Below are positions 35,059 through 48,320 of a stretch of DNA of 64,000 nucleotides, in pieces. Each line of letters begins with the position of its first letter. Within the stretch, counting starts at the first letter, position 1. This stretch comes from Octopus sinensis. Its lineage: Eukaryota. The position numbers were made by a program, and so were the translations under genes. The notes beneath the pieces are model-generated. The model had not been told where the DNA came from and did no database searches. It saw nothing but the letters and a program-made list of their open reading frames with translations. The DNA lies in contig NC_043010.1 of NCBI RefSeq assembly GCF_006345805.1, positions 35,960,001-36,024,000 on the forward strand, read 5' to 3'.

Positions 35059-35465
35059 AGGCACAGGAGTGGCTGTGTGGTAAGTAGCTTGCTTACCAAC
35101 CACATGGTTCCGGGTACAGTCCCACTGCATGGCACCTTGGGCAAGTGTCTTCTACTATAACCTTGGGCCGACCAAAGCCTTGTGAATGGATTTGGTAGAC
35201 GGAAACTGAAAGAAGCTCGTCGTATATGTGTATATGTGTGTATGTGTGTGTGTGTGTTGTGTGTCGGTGTTTGTTCCCCCCCAACATCACTTGACAACCA
35301 ATGCTGGTGTGTTTACGTCCCCGTAACTTAGTGGTTTGGCAAAAGAGACCAATAGAATAAGTACTAGGCTTACAAAGAATAAGTCCTGGGGTCGATTTCC
35401 TCGGCTAAAAGGCAGTGCTCCAGCATGGCCGCAGTCAAATGACTGAAACAAGTAAAAGAGTAAAG
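35059..35465 (+). mobile_element. SINE family A, full length
   Basis: Complete copy. Confidence 0.9.
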
Positions 35466-35685
35466 TGTAATATGTTCGCGGATTAGATGTGGCACTGAAA
35501 AAGGAGCAAGAACTGTAATATGCATATACATCCAGGACTTATTTTTCTGCCTTCAGTCGCATTCTTTACATAGATGTTTTCAAATACAAAATACTGTAAA
35601 TGCCAGTGCTAGCTCTAATTTCTATAGAAAACTCTGTAAAAATAACTTCTAAAACATGATGCTGCAACTATACATGCTATATATA

Positions 35686-36108
35686 GGCATAGGAGTGGCT
35701 GTGTGGTATGTAGCTTGCTTATGAACCACATAGTTCTGGGTTCAGTCCCACTGCATGGCAGCTTGGGCAAGTGTCTTCTACTATAGCCTCGGGCAAACCA
35801 AAGCCTTGTGAGTGGATTTGGTAGACGGAAACTGAAGGAAGCCTGTCGTATATATGTATATATATATATATATACATACATGTATGTATGTATGTGTGTA
35901 TATGTTTGTATGTCTGTGTTTGTCCCCCCAACATCGCTTGACAACCAATGCCGGTATGTTTATGTCCCCGTAACTTAGTGGTTCGGCAAAAGAGACCGAT
36001 AGAATAAGTACTAGGCTTACAAAGAATAAGTCGCGGGGGCAATTTCTTCGACTAAAAGGTGGTGCTCTAGCATGGCCACAGTCAAATGACTGAAACAAGT
36101 AAAAGAGT
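35686..36108 (+). mobile_element. SINE family A, full length
   Basis: Complete copy. Confidence 0.9.
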
Positions 36109-38540
36109 ATATACTCTAACACACACCCTATTAAATTGACGAGTGTTTCATTAGTTTGCAGTGCTAAGTTCAACATTTCTAGTGTTTATGTATAGAGATT
36201 AGATTAGAATGAGCTGTGCTGTCAGGTTAACTTGCCCTTACAACCATTATATGACATACCAAGGATGTGATAAGTTATGGGATTTACTAAGTAATTTAAA
36301 TATGCATGCAACCTGCCAGATATAGTAACCATGTGTATCTCAAAATCATACCCTACTGTTGTAAAAAAAAAAAATGCAAGGAGACATGGGATAGTCATAA
36401 ATCCACGATGTTTAAGAATATGAATGGGGTGGCCATGGATGGAACCCTTTGATTACAGGACTACTGGATTACAGCTAACTTTGAGCTAAATGTGTTGCAT
36501 ATACTACGCATGTATAGAGCTAAATATAGATGATGGTATGATGTGTAATACAAATACATGCGGAGGAGTGTAATACAGATCTGTATGAGGAGTGGAATAC
36601 ATGTGTGCAGTGTGGGATGCACCTGATTGCACAGTATATAATTCACAAAGGCGTGCAATATGTAATACTCAAAGACATACAGTGTGTAATACATAAAGGC
36701 ATACAATAATACACAAAGACATGTAGTGTGTAATACATAAAGGTATACTGTGTGAATATACACAAAGGCATGACTGTGTAATGTAAATATTCATGCAGGC
36801 AGGTCAGAGACATGACCAAATAGTTATGAAGTTTGATTTGCAATCACAAGGTCCCATTTTCAATCCCACAGTGCAGCACCTTGAGCAGCTTTGAGTCAAC
36901 CAAAGTATTGTAAATAGAATTGAGTAGGTAGGGAAGAAAACACAAGAAAGTCAGAATGAAGCAATGTTATGGCTTTATCTGATGGGAGATCTTTCCCAAG
37001 TCAAATAATCTCACAAGGCCAGCTTCCTGGTTTCCATGGCACATATATTCCCCACCGGACAGGACATCAGTCTGTCGCAGGATTACTCACTTTTGCCAGC
37101 TGAGTGGACTGGAGCAACGAGAAATGAAGTGTTTTTCTCAAGAACACAAAGTATCGCCTGGTCTAGGAATTGAAACCACAATCTTACAATCATGAACCCA
37201 ACACCATGACCACTAAACCACATACCTCCACATCCAATGAGAGTCATCCAACAGGAGGACTCACACTTCATTGGGAAGATTTTCATAGTGTCATCAATGC
37301 AGTGTATGATACATAATGACAATAAGATGAGGAAACAGAATGGAAATCTATCAAACAGGTTCTATTTGTAATTCAGTTATGTTAATTAAGCTTGAAGATT
37401 CAATTAAGAGTACAACTGCATATGTGTGTGTTTCGGATACTCAACCACTTACTGTAATTAAAAGAGCAATTAGTTCTATTGATGAAAATAACTAGTGTAC
37501 ACATCATCAAAATAATAGAACACAGTTACACCTACATACACCAATATGTTACCACCTTATCTTTCATTCACCTCACTGCAAACACATTTCCTCAGCCTCA
37601 AAAATGACACGCTTCTTCTTCCACTTGAGATGTACTTGACTGAAATAATGATAATGAAGATGTTTTCTTTATTTGCCTCAAGGGCAGCAGAAACACATGA
37701 ACTTTCAAGTGCACTAAGGAAGACAAAATTTTTGCTCTGTGGGTGGGAAGTTGTATAATACATATATACATGCATAAATATATATACACATACATATGCA
37801 CACATATATGCGTACATATAAGCAGTTTAATGATATAGGCATACACAGATACACATGTACATATACATAGATATGAATACATATTTAATGGCATATCTTC
37901 CCTGATCAACAACTTTCATGACATGCTTCTGACCTCTGTCACTGATTTCATTCAATCAATAGTGATCTTTTCCTTCTATGAATTTTGGCAGATTTTGTAC
38001 AAATTCATTTATTTATGTGCCCTTTTCAAGCCTAGCCAGGCTCATGGGCCCGGTTTCCCAGTTTCTATGGCATATGTGTTCCCCCCAGCTGGACGGAAAG
38101 CCAGTTCATCGCAGCGTTACCCAAGAAACAGGAAGAAAGAGTGAGAGAAAGTTGGGGCAAAAGAGGGGTCACCCCCCCCCCCTGCTGGAACCTCGTGGAG
38201 CTTTAGGTGTTTTCACTCAATAAACACACACAATGCCCGGTCTGGAAATCGAAACCGTGATCCTCCGACCGCGAATCCACTACCCTAACCACTGGGACAT
38301 TGCGCCTCCTTTGTACAAATACTTCAGTTTTTTTTTGTTTTTTGGGGTTAGCTGAACTAGTGAATACCACATGACATCATTTACATAAACTTAGTTGATA
38401 GAAGCTATATACTTTATGCAATCAAACTTCTTCCTTTTGGGAGGATTTGTTTTTTCAGGCATACTATTCCGAGTCATCTATCATATAAAAAACGTATTTT
38501 TACACTACATAACAGAGATTGTCACAGTTCAGCATGGCAC

Positions 38541-38695
38541 TACATTGATGGCTTCATCCATGCTCTGAGCAAAGTACTGAAGTCCTGGATCAACCAGGTA
38601 ACTGCAAGAAGGCCAAACATATGGCAGCAAGACTGTGCCCTACCACACCAGATGAAAGACCCAAGCCTGGCTGTCTGAGAATTCCTTCTTGACTT
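38541..38695 (+). mobile_element. Tc1/mariner-superfamily transposase fragment
   Basis: LSKVLKSWINQVTARRPNIWQQDCALPH, containing the second catalytic-Asp motif QQD.A..H. Confidence 0.65.
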
Positions 38696-39749
38696 CTTTA
38701 TGTTAGTGTAATGAGATAGTGTCAAAGGGACAGAAAATGAGAAGGTACTGCACAGTGAGACTGAACCCAAAACCAAATTGCTGGGAAGCAAGCTATTTAA
38801 CCACACAGCTCACCTGCCCTCCAAAAAAAAAAACCAAACGAAAGTGGTATGACAGTGATGAGATTTGAACTGCCTTATGCTGCCCAGCCACACTACCAGC
38901 ATCCTTTGTGAATATGAATTTGTTGTTATGATTTGCTATAATTTTCTGTTAACTTTAGCATGCATCATGAACTGATATTTTCATATGTACTTTTAAGGCT
39001 TGGTAACATTAGTATTCCATGTGTGTCTATTCATTTATGTTACACACTATATGCTCTGCTCTTGTTTTCATATCGTACTTTATTCCTAACTTCTGGTTCG
39101 ATTTGACTGCTGAGATCAACCTAATTTCCTTTACAAAGGAAAACCACAGCTGATGTCTCACATTGGGAAGTTTCATTCATTAAATGCTCCATGAAATGTA
39201 TAGACACATGAATGTACACACAAAAGTTTAATACATACCCATACATATACTAATAAGCAGGTCACATGAATATTAAAAATATTGATTATTTAGAGGATAA
39301 CACAATCAAAACTTCTTATTAAAGAATAAATTCAAAAAGAGATAGAGCAGATTAAGAGGACATATCAGGTTGTTCCTAAATCCCTTAGTAATTTACTCAA
39401 GACAGTTTTTGTCTTCTTTTTTTTGATCCAAGATAACAATTTGGTAGAGTCAGTAGAGTGTTAAACAGAATGGTTAGGTTAGTCCACAATAATGAGCAAA
39501 GGGTCAGTTTTCTGGTTTCTCAGGTGTACAAGTTCCTCCCTGAATGGGACACTGGTCTGTCACATGAGTACTCATTTTTGCTAGCTGAGTGGATTGGAGC
39601 AACATGAAATGAAATGTTTTGCTCAATTTTTGATTCCTGGTCCAGGAATCGAAACCACAATCCTATGATCATGAGTCCAACACCCTAACCACTAAGCCAT
39701 GTGCTCCCATGTTGAACAAAATTCCTTGCAGCATTCATTACAGTTGTAG

Positions 39750-40250
39750 TGATGCTACTGTGTAAGGTTCAGCGCACATGCACAGAATTGGATTACTTCC
39801 GGTTGGCCACCGGAAGTTTTCCTCTTGTGCATGTGCAGGAACTGAAACCTAAAAACCTGACTGCTGAATTGGTCTTTTCTGGCATGAGCAGCGCTAGCAG
39901 TCGGACGTGGCTTGACTTTCTCTCAGGGAATAACCCTACACTCAGAGAACCTCACCCCAACAAAGCGGGAGCGAACACCGATTCATCTTGACTTGCACAA
40001 GAAAACATTGCAACCAGTCCTGCGGATTTGGCTGCCGGTTTCCCTACTAGAGATACATGTGCACTCATTCTTACCTGTGACCTCAGAATAAACCACCACT
40101 TACTGTTATCGAAGACCGCCTGACTTTGTCTCCGTTTATTCAACTCAAATTGTATGTGACAGGATCAGATCAGACACCCCTCCAGTGTTCCTGAACTCTC
40201 GTCCTGTTACACAGTTCTCTGTGCTCTTAGTTTGACTCCCACTATGATCA
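39750..40250. promoter_or_regulatory. CpG-rich unique region with inverted ETS-like pair and minus-strand splice donors; candidate promoter or first exon
   Basis: ACTTCCGGT tggcc ACCGGAAGT at 39795-39817; donors CAG|GTAAGA (40074) and CA|GTAAGT (40103); locally many CpGs. Confidence 0.4.
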
Positions 40251-41169
40251 ACTTTGCCTTTCACTCTTTTGGGGGAAATATAAAAAGTACCTTCGAGTGC
40301 AGTGGATTGACAGAACTGTAAGAGTATCAGACTGGATGCTATGCAATATTTGTCCTATATCTTTGCTTTCTGAGTTCAAATCTCACCATGGCCTGCTTGG
40401 GTAGTAGAATTAAACAGTCTTCGGGTTTAATACACCACCTGGTACCCTTGCTGCCTTTAATGCAGTGGTTCGTCCACAATCTATGCAGACAACTACCCAA
40501 TTCATCCCAGTGATAAACCTACCCGACTTCAGCATACCGTACTACCCAACTCCTGCCTCCACTAACCACCACACACACACACCAAAGGTAAGTCCCCTCA
40601 GCTATAACACACCATGTTACCACACATCCTCACCATCACAATCCAAGTAGATATCCTTCCCTTACTCCAGGGTCTATCCCTAGGGTAAGCTGAGGATAGT
40701 CAGTGAGCTGACAGAACCGTTAGCACACCAGGTGAAATGCTTAGTGGTATTTCGTCTGTTTTATGTTCTGAGTTCAAATTCTGCCAAGGTCGACTTTCAG
40801 CCTTTTATCCTTTCAGGGTCAATAAAATAAGTACCAGTTGAGTACTGGGGTCGATGTAATTGACTTAATTACTTTTGAGTAAGGAGTATAAAAACTGCAC
40901 CCCTCAGCCAAGCCATGTCAAGCCAGTGTGGTAGAGTAGGCTGATCAAACCCGTATGATTTCAAGCTTAAATTCATGGCTTTCACACTAGATCGTAGTTG
41001 GTGGGAGAGAACATACTGATGCTTTTGTCCTGCAGTGGAGTTAAAATCCAAGGTGAGGATCTCTGCTTGTCATGCTACCAAAATCCCAACTTCTGCATCT
41101 TTTTGTCTTTCTTTCTCTCTCTCTCTCAAACAAAAGACAAGAGCCAAAAGTATGGTATTCTTTATATAT

Positions 41170-41555
41170 AGGCGTAGGAGTGGCTGTGTGGTAAGTAGCT
41201 TGCTTACGAACCACATGGTTCCGGGTTCAGTCCCACTGCGCGGCACTTTGGGCAAGTGTCTTCTACTATAGCCTCGGGCCATCCAAAGCCTTGCAAGTGG
41301 ATTTGGTAGACGGAAACTGAAAGAAGCCTGTTGTATATATGTATGTATGTGTGTCTGTGTTTGTTCTCCCAACATTGCTTAACATCTAATGCTGGTGTGT
41401 TTATGTCCCTGTAACTTAGCGGTTCAGCAAAAGAAACCGATAGAATAAGTACTAGGCTTACAGAGAATAAGTCCTGGGGTCGATTTGCTCAACTAAAGGT
41501 GGTGCTCCAGCATGGCCACAGTCACATGACCGAAACAAGTAAAAGAGAGTAAAGA
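41170..41555 (+). mobile_element. SINE family A, full length
   Basis: Complete copy. Confidence 0.9.
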
Positions 41556-41884
41556 GTATATACCTCATGGCAAGTGAACTTATCAAACCCATCTGTGAAT
41601 TTTCCAATGTAAAGTTAAGAAATCAACCCTCACCCACAAACACGACATCCCACTAGTGGATTTGAACATCAAGACTTATCAACTGGTTGATAGCCAATTA
41701 TCCTATCCCCTTGACTGTCTCACTTTTACGCCCAGCACTGGCAGGTACACCCAGTTCCTCTCTGCACTTGTTAACCTCGTTGTTTCACAGACAGACACAC
41801 ACACCGGCAGATTCAGAGATCAACACTGAAAATAGAAACCACGGAAACCACATAAGGGTTTCTGGGTGGTGACCACTACAGAAA

Positions 41885-42440
41885 GGCAAAAGTTGGGTTG
41901 ATAGTGGTGGTGGTATAGTGATGAATTATGTGGTGGAAACAGTGGCGATGGTGATGGTGAGGGCAGTGGTAACAACAAAAACGTCACGGTGGTGCTTATA
42001 ATGAATGAGAGTAATAACAATTGTGGTGGTGGTGACAATGGTAATGGTGATGGTGGTAGTGATGGCGGTGGTGATGATGGCGTCGGTGGTGGTGGTGATG
42101 ATGGCAGCGGTGGTGGTGGTGGTGATGATGGCGGCAGTGGTGGTGGTGATGATGAGGGTGGTGGTAGTGATGATGGCAGTGGTGGTGGTGATGATGGCGG
42201 CGGTGGTGGTGATGATGGCGGCGGTGGTGGTGATGATGGCGGCGGTGGTGGTGATGATGGCGGCGGCGGTGGTGGTGATGATGGCAGCGGTGGTGGTGAT
42301 GATGGCAGCGGTGGTGTTGATGATGGCAATGGTGGTGATGATGGTGGTGGTGGTAATGGTGGTTGCATGGACAGAGGTGATGTGGGTGTTGTGATGGCAG
42401 TAGTCACAATGCTATGCAACTGTAATGATGGCGATTGCTA
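41885..42440. repeat. Compound GGT/GAT/GGC trinucleotide repeat with a ~21-bp core unit
   Basis: gatgatggcggcggtggtggt tandem units. Confidence 0.9.
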
Positions 42441-42769
42441 TCGGTACTTGTCGAAAGTCTGTAGATGGAGAAAGCAGAACTGACGGTGCCAGGGGTTGCA
42501 GGAGTTAAGTCAAATTGGTGCAGACCAGGCCCTCCTTCCTCTTAACTGTCCATTGTTCTTTTGTTTCACAAACAATAAAATGCAGTCGGCCACTCATTAG
42601 TTATTTCCTTCCTCAACACCAATACACCATTCACCACTATCAACAATATCCCAAGACAAGCCAACATGGTCGCTCAACTTACTAGAAATAACAGCCGAAT
42701 TACCCTCAAACAACACATTGTCTCTTAACAAAATCAAAAAGGACGCATTGCGTAAAACACATTTTTTCT

Positions 42770-43260
42770 TTTACTTTTTTCAGTCAATGGGCTATGGCCA
42801 TGCTGGGGCACCACCTTGAAGTGTTTTAGTTGAACAGATTGCCTCTCCACCACTTCACCAATTTGTTTTCTTTTTTTTAATCTGGTACTTACTCTATTAG
42901 TCTCTTTTACTGAACTGCTAAGTTACAAGGATGTAAACAAATTGACACTGATTGTCAGGCTGTATTGGGGGACAAAGATACAAAGACACACACTCATATA
43001 CATCGATCACACCTTATTCTCTTTACTCTTTTACTTTGTTTTGGTCATTTGACTGTGGCCATGCTGGAGCACCACCTTTAGTTGAGTAAATTGAACCCAG
43101 GACTTATTCTTTGTAAGCCTAGTACTTATTCTATCGGTCTCTTTTGCCGAACCGCTAAGTTACGGGGACGTAAACACACCAGCGTCAGTTGTCAAGCAAT
43201 GGTGGGAGTGGGGACAAACACAGACACACAAACATACACGCACCCACACATGCACACACA

Positions 43261-43300
<40 letters not shown>
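42770..43300 (-). mobile_element. Two tandem partial SINE family A tails
   Basis: Tail halves at 42770-43010 and 43020-43300. Confidence 0.75.
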
Positions 43301-43301
<1 letters not shown>

Positions 43302-43309
43302 TACGTAAA

Positions 43310-43651
43310 AAAATACAAGCTGGGACAAGAATGCAAAACATTTAGAAGACGATACAAAAAACACGAACAGGACATTTGAAGCCTTCAATCTTCAGTCAAG
43401 AACCGGATCATCATCAATATATATATTGATAAAAGGTAAGATAACAAAAGAAAGAGACCTCGATATTATGTAAATAGAGGAATTTATCTGTAAATGTAAT
43501 TAATATGTGACAATTATTCGGTAGCCAAGATAAAACTCTGAGTTTCGGATGCCGAAGTGGCAGCATGGATTTCCACCTCGGCATCCGAAACCCAGAGTTT
43601 TATCTTGGCTACCGAATAATTGTCATATATTACATTTACAGATAAATTCCT
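43310..43651. mobile_element. Second member of the 31.1-kb palindromic Penelope-like family
   Basis: Arms 43478-43560 and 43573-43651; shares flank with 31318-31390. Confidence 0.7.
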
Positions 43652-44066
43652 ATATATATATATATATATATGGTGCAACTCCCTGGCTTACCAGTTTTCA
43701 GTCAAACCGTCAAACCCATGCCAGCATGGAAAATGGACGTTAAATGATAATGATGATGATGGTCTTAACCCTTTAACATTTAAACTAGCCATATCTGGCC
43801 AAAATATTCTTCCTGTTTTATGTGCAAACTGGTCGGATCCAGCCTTTCACACCTACCCTGCAATGTTAGTTTAAAAAATATACGGTTACATAATCAAAAT
43901 CTCATGGCTACAAGATAATACAGGATAAATTCAAAACTGTGGGTATAAATAAGCATTATATTTCACAGAATAATTTGAATGATAAAGGACTAATTACCAA
44001 CCACAAAAGCAGAATCATTAAGTCATGTTGCCTCAATAAACAAATCATCATCGTTTAATGTCCGCT

Positions 44067-44282
44067 TTAACCCTTTAGTGTTCAGATTACTCTGTTAAAT
44101 GTAATATTTTTTTTACTCAAATTGCTTTTAATTAATCATGCATTGAGGTTTCAATGACATGATTGTTCATTTTTAGAATGTCACTGTAGGTTAGGTGTGA
44201 GAACCCTGATCTGGTCAGTTTAAACATAAAACAGGTAGAAAACTTTGGCCGGATATGGCCAGTTTAAGCACTAAAGGGTTAA
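44067..44282. mobile_element. piggyBac-like MITE, intact
   Basis: TTAA-CCCTTTAG ... CTAAAGGG-TTAA; another copy at about 43765-43995. Confidence 0.75.
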
Positions 44283-46204
44283 ACGATGATGATGATGATA
44301 TGTTTATTGAGGCAATAAATATGTCCATGGAAAATAGCTTCAAATATGACATTCTCAAGAAAAGATACTATGGTAAATAAAACTGCTTCCCACAGTTAAG
44401 GGTAATGAAATTTTGAGTGAAATATCTAATTTTTACAGTAAAATGGTTGAAGTTAATTCAATCTAGAATACAGTGATCTTGTTTTTTTTTTTGTTTTTTG
44501 TTTTTTTCTAATGAGCTTTGGCTGATAAAAATATAAAAATTATCTTCTGAAGTTCAGTACTACAAAGAAAATGCAGAACAGGCTGAGCAACAAGCAAAGC
44601 AAGATGGCTTCTTTATGAAAAATCTTCATACACACAGCAAGATCAAGCACAAGAATGTGTGTGTAATCTTGTAGAAACTAATACTGGGAAAGATGAGCTG
44701 AATGTGATGCTCCTATTACAAGTGATTTTAAAAACTAAGATACAAATAACACAAACTGAAGATATTCTTGAAAAACACACAGAGGAAAAAGAAGATATCA
44801 CGAAGGGTGAGAGTACTTCAAAGATTGCTAAAGTATGTGGTACTCTACCTGCCTTGAATTATAGTAACTCAGTCAAAATAGCTATATTTCTGCAGTGATA
44901 ATTTGTAATAGTTTATGATCCAACAAGGGATAAGCAAATGGTGAAGAAATGAGCTCTCAACAGCAGATATATTCTACTCCAAAAGATGTGTAGGGGGTGG
45001 TGCTGTAAGTTACCCAGTAAAAAGTAGATAAATAAATAAAATGGTACATAATCTCTACAATAAGCAAATTCAAAATCTAGAAGAATGCTGAAACAATTCT
45101 TCATGTAAGGAGAATATTGATTATTTAGAAAACTGTCAGATTTGTATAAACTTGTGTCTAAAAGAAAAACAATAATGCTGTGCTAACCAGCAGAAAATTA
45201 CGAAAGAAGATCAATACTGGCAATAATTTTTGCAACAACAGATGGCTTTAATCAAAGTTCTTGCATGCAGAACTAAGCTTAAACAGATATTCTGCAAATA
45301 GTGAATTGAAGCTCAGGTTGTTGCCTATTCAATTTGAAGGTTCAAGTTTGCGGTGTCTTTGTTACATGGTGCAATGCCCCTTTTTTCAAGACAATCTCAC
45401 TAGTAAAGTACTACAAAATATGGGAAAACAGCTTACACTCAGCACCAAGACAACTGCAAGGGACTAAGAAATATAGTGGAGGCACGTGGTTAGGGTGCTG
45501 GATTCATGATTATAAGATTGTGGTTTCGATTCCTGGACCAGGCAACACGTTGTTGTTCTTGAGCCAAAACACTCCATTTCATGTTGCTCCAGTCCACTCA
45601 GCTGGCAAAAATTGAGTACTCCTGCGACAGACCAGCATCCCATCCATGTAGGGATTATATACGCCATGTAAACCAGCTCTGATGAGTCAGAATGACACAA
45701 GAAAGTAACTTAACCCTTTTTTTTTTTATACTAAGAAATGTCTTGTGGACTGCAGGTGTGAATGAGGGCTTTCAATAAATTTTGGTAGGTTTGTCTGAGA
45801 CTGTGAAGGAAGGAGACACTCAACCAAACTTTGAGACAGAACAAACAAGAAACAGAAGAAAGAGGTGACAGTTTGAACACAAGACTCAAAAGAAAAACAC
45901 AGCCAAATTCCAAAAACAAATTTAAACAAGATTTCTACAATGTTTGTCTTACATTGTCAAACAATCTGTTGAAGTGAAATTTCAACAGCCGGGTCCCGTA
46001 AAGGTCACGGGCAATATTTTATAAATATCATAGTCATAATTTTATGATGGTGTTTGCAGTTGAGTACCTTATTTACTAATTAATTTGTCACTTTAGTCAT
46101 CTCTAAATGTACATGCGTGTGTGCATGTGGATGTGAATGAATGTCAGTATGCACACACAAGGCAGATGACTGGTTGGCTAGCTGGTTAGCTACATGCATA
46201 GACA

Positions 46205-46575
46205 AGGCATGGCTGCATGGTAAGAAGCTTGCTTCAAAACCATATGGTTCTGGGTTCAGTTCCACTGTGTGGAACCTTGGACAAGTGTCTTCTACTATAG
46301 ACTCAGGCCAACTAAAGCCTTGTGAGTGGATTTAGTAAATAGAAACTAAAAAAAAAAAGACTGTTGTGTGTGTGTTTGTCCCCCATCACGACTTGATAAC
46401 TAGTGTTGGTATGTTTACATCCACATAGCTTAGCAGTTCAGCAAAAATAGACTACAGCCTAAGTACTAGGCTTAAGAAAAAAAAGTCCTGGGGTTGATTT
46501 GTTCAATTAAAACCCTTCAGGGCGGTGCCCCAGCATGGCCACAGTCAAATGACTGAAACAAGTAAAGATAAAAGA
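46205..46575 (+). mobile_element. SINE family A
   Basis: Complete but diverged copy. Confidence 0.85.
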
Positions 46576-48277
46576 TACAGATGGCAGACAGATAAGTAAA
46601 AGTGTTGCAGCTTACTCCCAAGTTAGCCATTATCAAGCAGACCTAAGACCAAAAACATTCTAGCCAGGGTCACCCCAGCATTTTGTATATCAAGGAAATA
46701 CTCTGTCCAACACATATTCTTTTCTACTCTAGGCACAAGGCCCGAAATTTGGGGGGAGGGGGCCCAGTCAATTATATTGACCCTAGTACACAAGTGGTAC
46801 TTAATTTATCAACCCCAAAAGGATGAAAAGCAAAGTCAACCTCGGCGGAATTTGAACCCAGAATGTAAAGACAGACGAAATACTGTTAAGTATTTCGCCC
46901 GGCATGCTAACGTTTCTGCCAGCTCACTGCCTTACTGTCCAACACATATTATACATACAATAGTACAATATGATCTGAAGGAGATTCAATTGCTATTTTT
47001 ACTATGTGCAGTCAACACCACAATCTCTCTCCCACATCACCTTATAAAGTAGAACTCCTGCTATGAAATGTATACGGTTTGCCTCCCTCACAGAAGAAAA
47101 AACAGTCACTATCCAACTGTTAGTGATGTGTGGGTGAATAATAAGTATTTGAAGAAAACTGTTTACAAACTACTTAAGATGGCCAACAGATAAGTGACAA
47201 TTAAGGTGGGATAGTAAAGGTCTCCTTATGGCAAAACTTCCTAATTTTCTGATTTCATTGGTGTTTTATTAGATTGTATTGTAGAATGCTCATAACCTAC
47301 ATCCTCAATATCTTATTATTATTAAAGTAGAAAAACAAAAACACTAGTGTTTATTCTTCTCACCAATGTAACCACAACCAATGCCAACATCAACATCACC
47401 ACCAATACAGCCACTACTAACGCAATCACTGCTGCCAACACAAACAACAGAAGTCTCTTTGTGGTTGCTTGATCTGCTAGAAATACTCATCAAATTTCCT
47501 TCAAATCCCAACCTACCATCTTAAAATAAGGCAGGAAAACTGAATAATGTATGTTCTACATACACCATTCCTGAAAACACAACTGGAGTAGTCAAGGTTG
47601 GAAAGTCTTTGCACACAAGGAGGATCATGCACTATAATTTTTTGCCCAGAACTCCTGCGTAAAGTGAGAAATGAGGAAAAAAAGGTGTTTTACAGGGGTT
47701 TTTCTCTAAAAACTGCAATTTTCAACTGATTCTCTCCCTTTTCTCATTCTCTCTTTCTCTTGCTTACATGTTCTCACCTAACCTCTGTAATAGTTCCTCT
47801 CTTTCAGTTTATGCCTTCTTTCCTTCCTTCTTTCTCCCTCTATTTCCGTTCTTTCTCTCTTTTCTTCCTTTCTCTCTCTCCCTCTTTCTTTCTTCTTTCC
47901 TTCCTTCTTCCCTCTTTCTTTCCTTCCTTTCTTTCTTTCTTTCTGTTCGACTAAAGGAAGTGCTCCAGCATGGCCACAGTCAAATGACAAACAAGTAAAA
48001 GAATAAAAAATTACCGCATTTTAATCCCAAGCAATGCTGGGTATCTCTGCTAGTTTGCAATAAATTGCTTATACTTCAACTATACACAAAATACTTTAAT
48101 AATCTTTTTTATAGTAAAGATTATTTGCCAACATAACATGGCAGTCCTGGTTTAGGACTAATGCTGCTGTAATTTAGCCCCAGGAGACATTGTCTTCAGC
48201 TGGCTATACCACACAATCTGTGTTCTTATATTTTCAAACAAGGGAATATAGCACCCCCACTCAGCTCAAAACAATAT

Positions 48278-48320
48278 CTGTGTATTACGATTTCCAGGTT
48301 ATTTCCCTTCATCAGCATAG
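48278..48320 (-). ncRNA. Degenerate minimal hammerhead motif
   Basis: CTATG-CTGATGA-A-GGG aaataa CCT-G-GAAA-T cgta A-TA|CACAG; lies in a repeat (48130-48400) sharing a segment with 25700-25750. Confidence 0.5.

Noticed and set aside
41820-42483. Pro/Ser-rich, Gly/Asp-rich and Val/Met-rich ORFs
   Set aside because: Open in several frames on both strands because of the trinucleotide repeat; no supporting splice context or domain.
45672-45705. CTGATGA GTC..GAC hammerhead-like start
   Set aside because: No GAAA follows; it lies in the tail of SINE family D.
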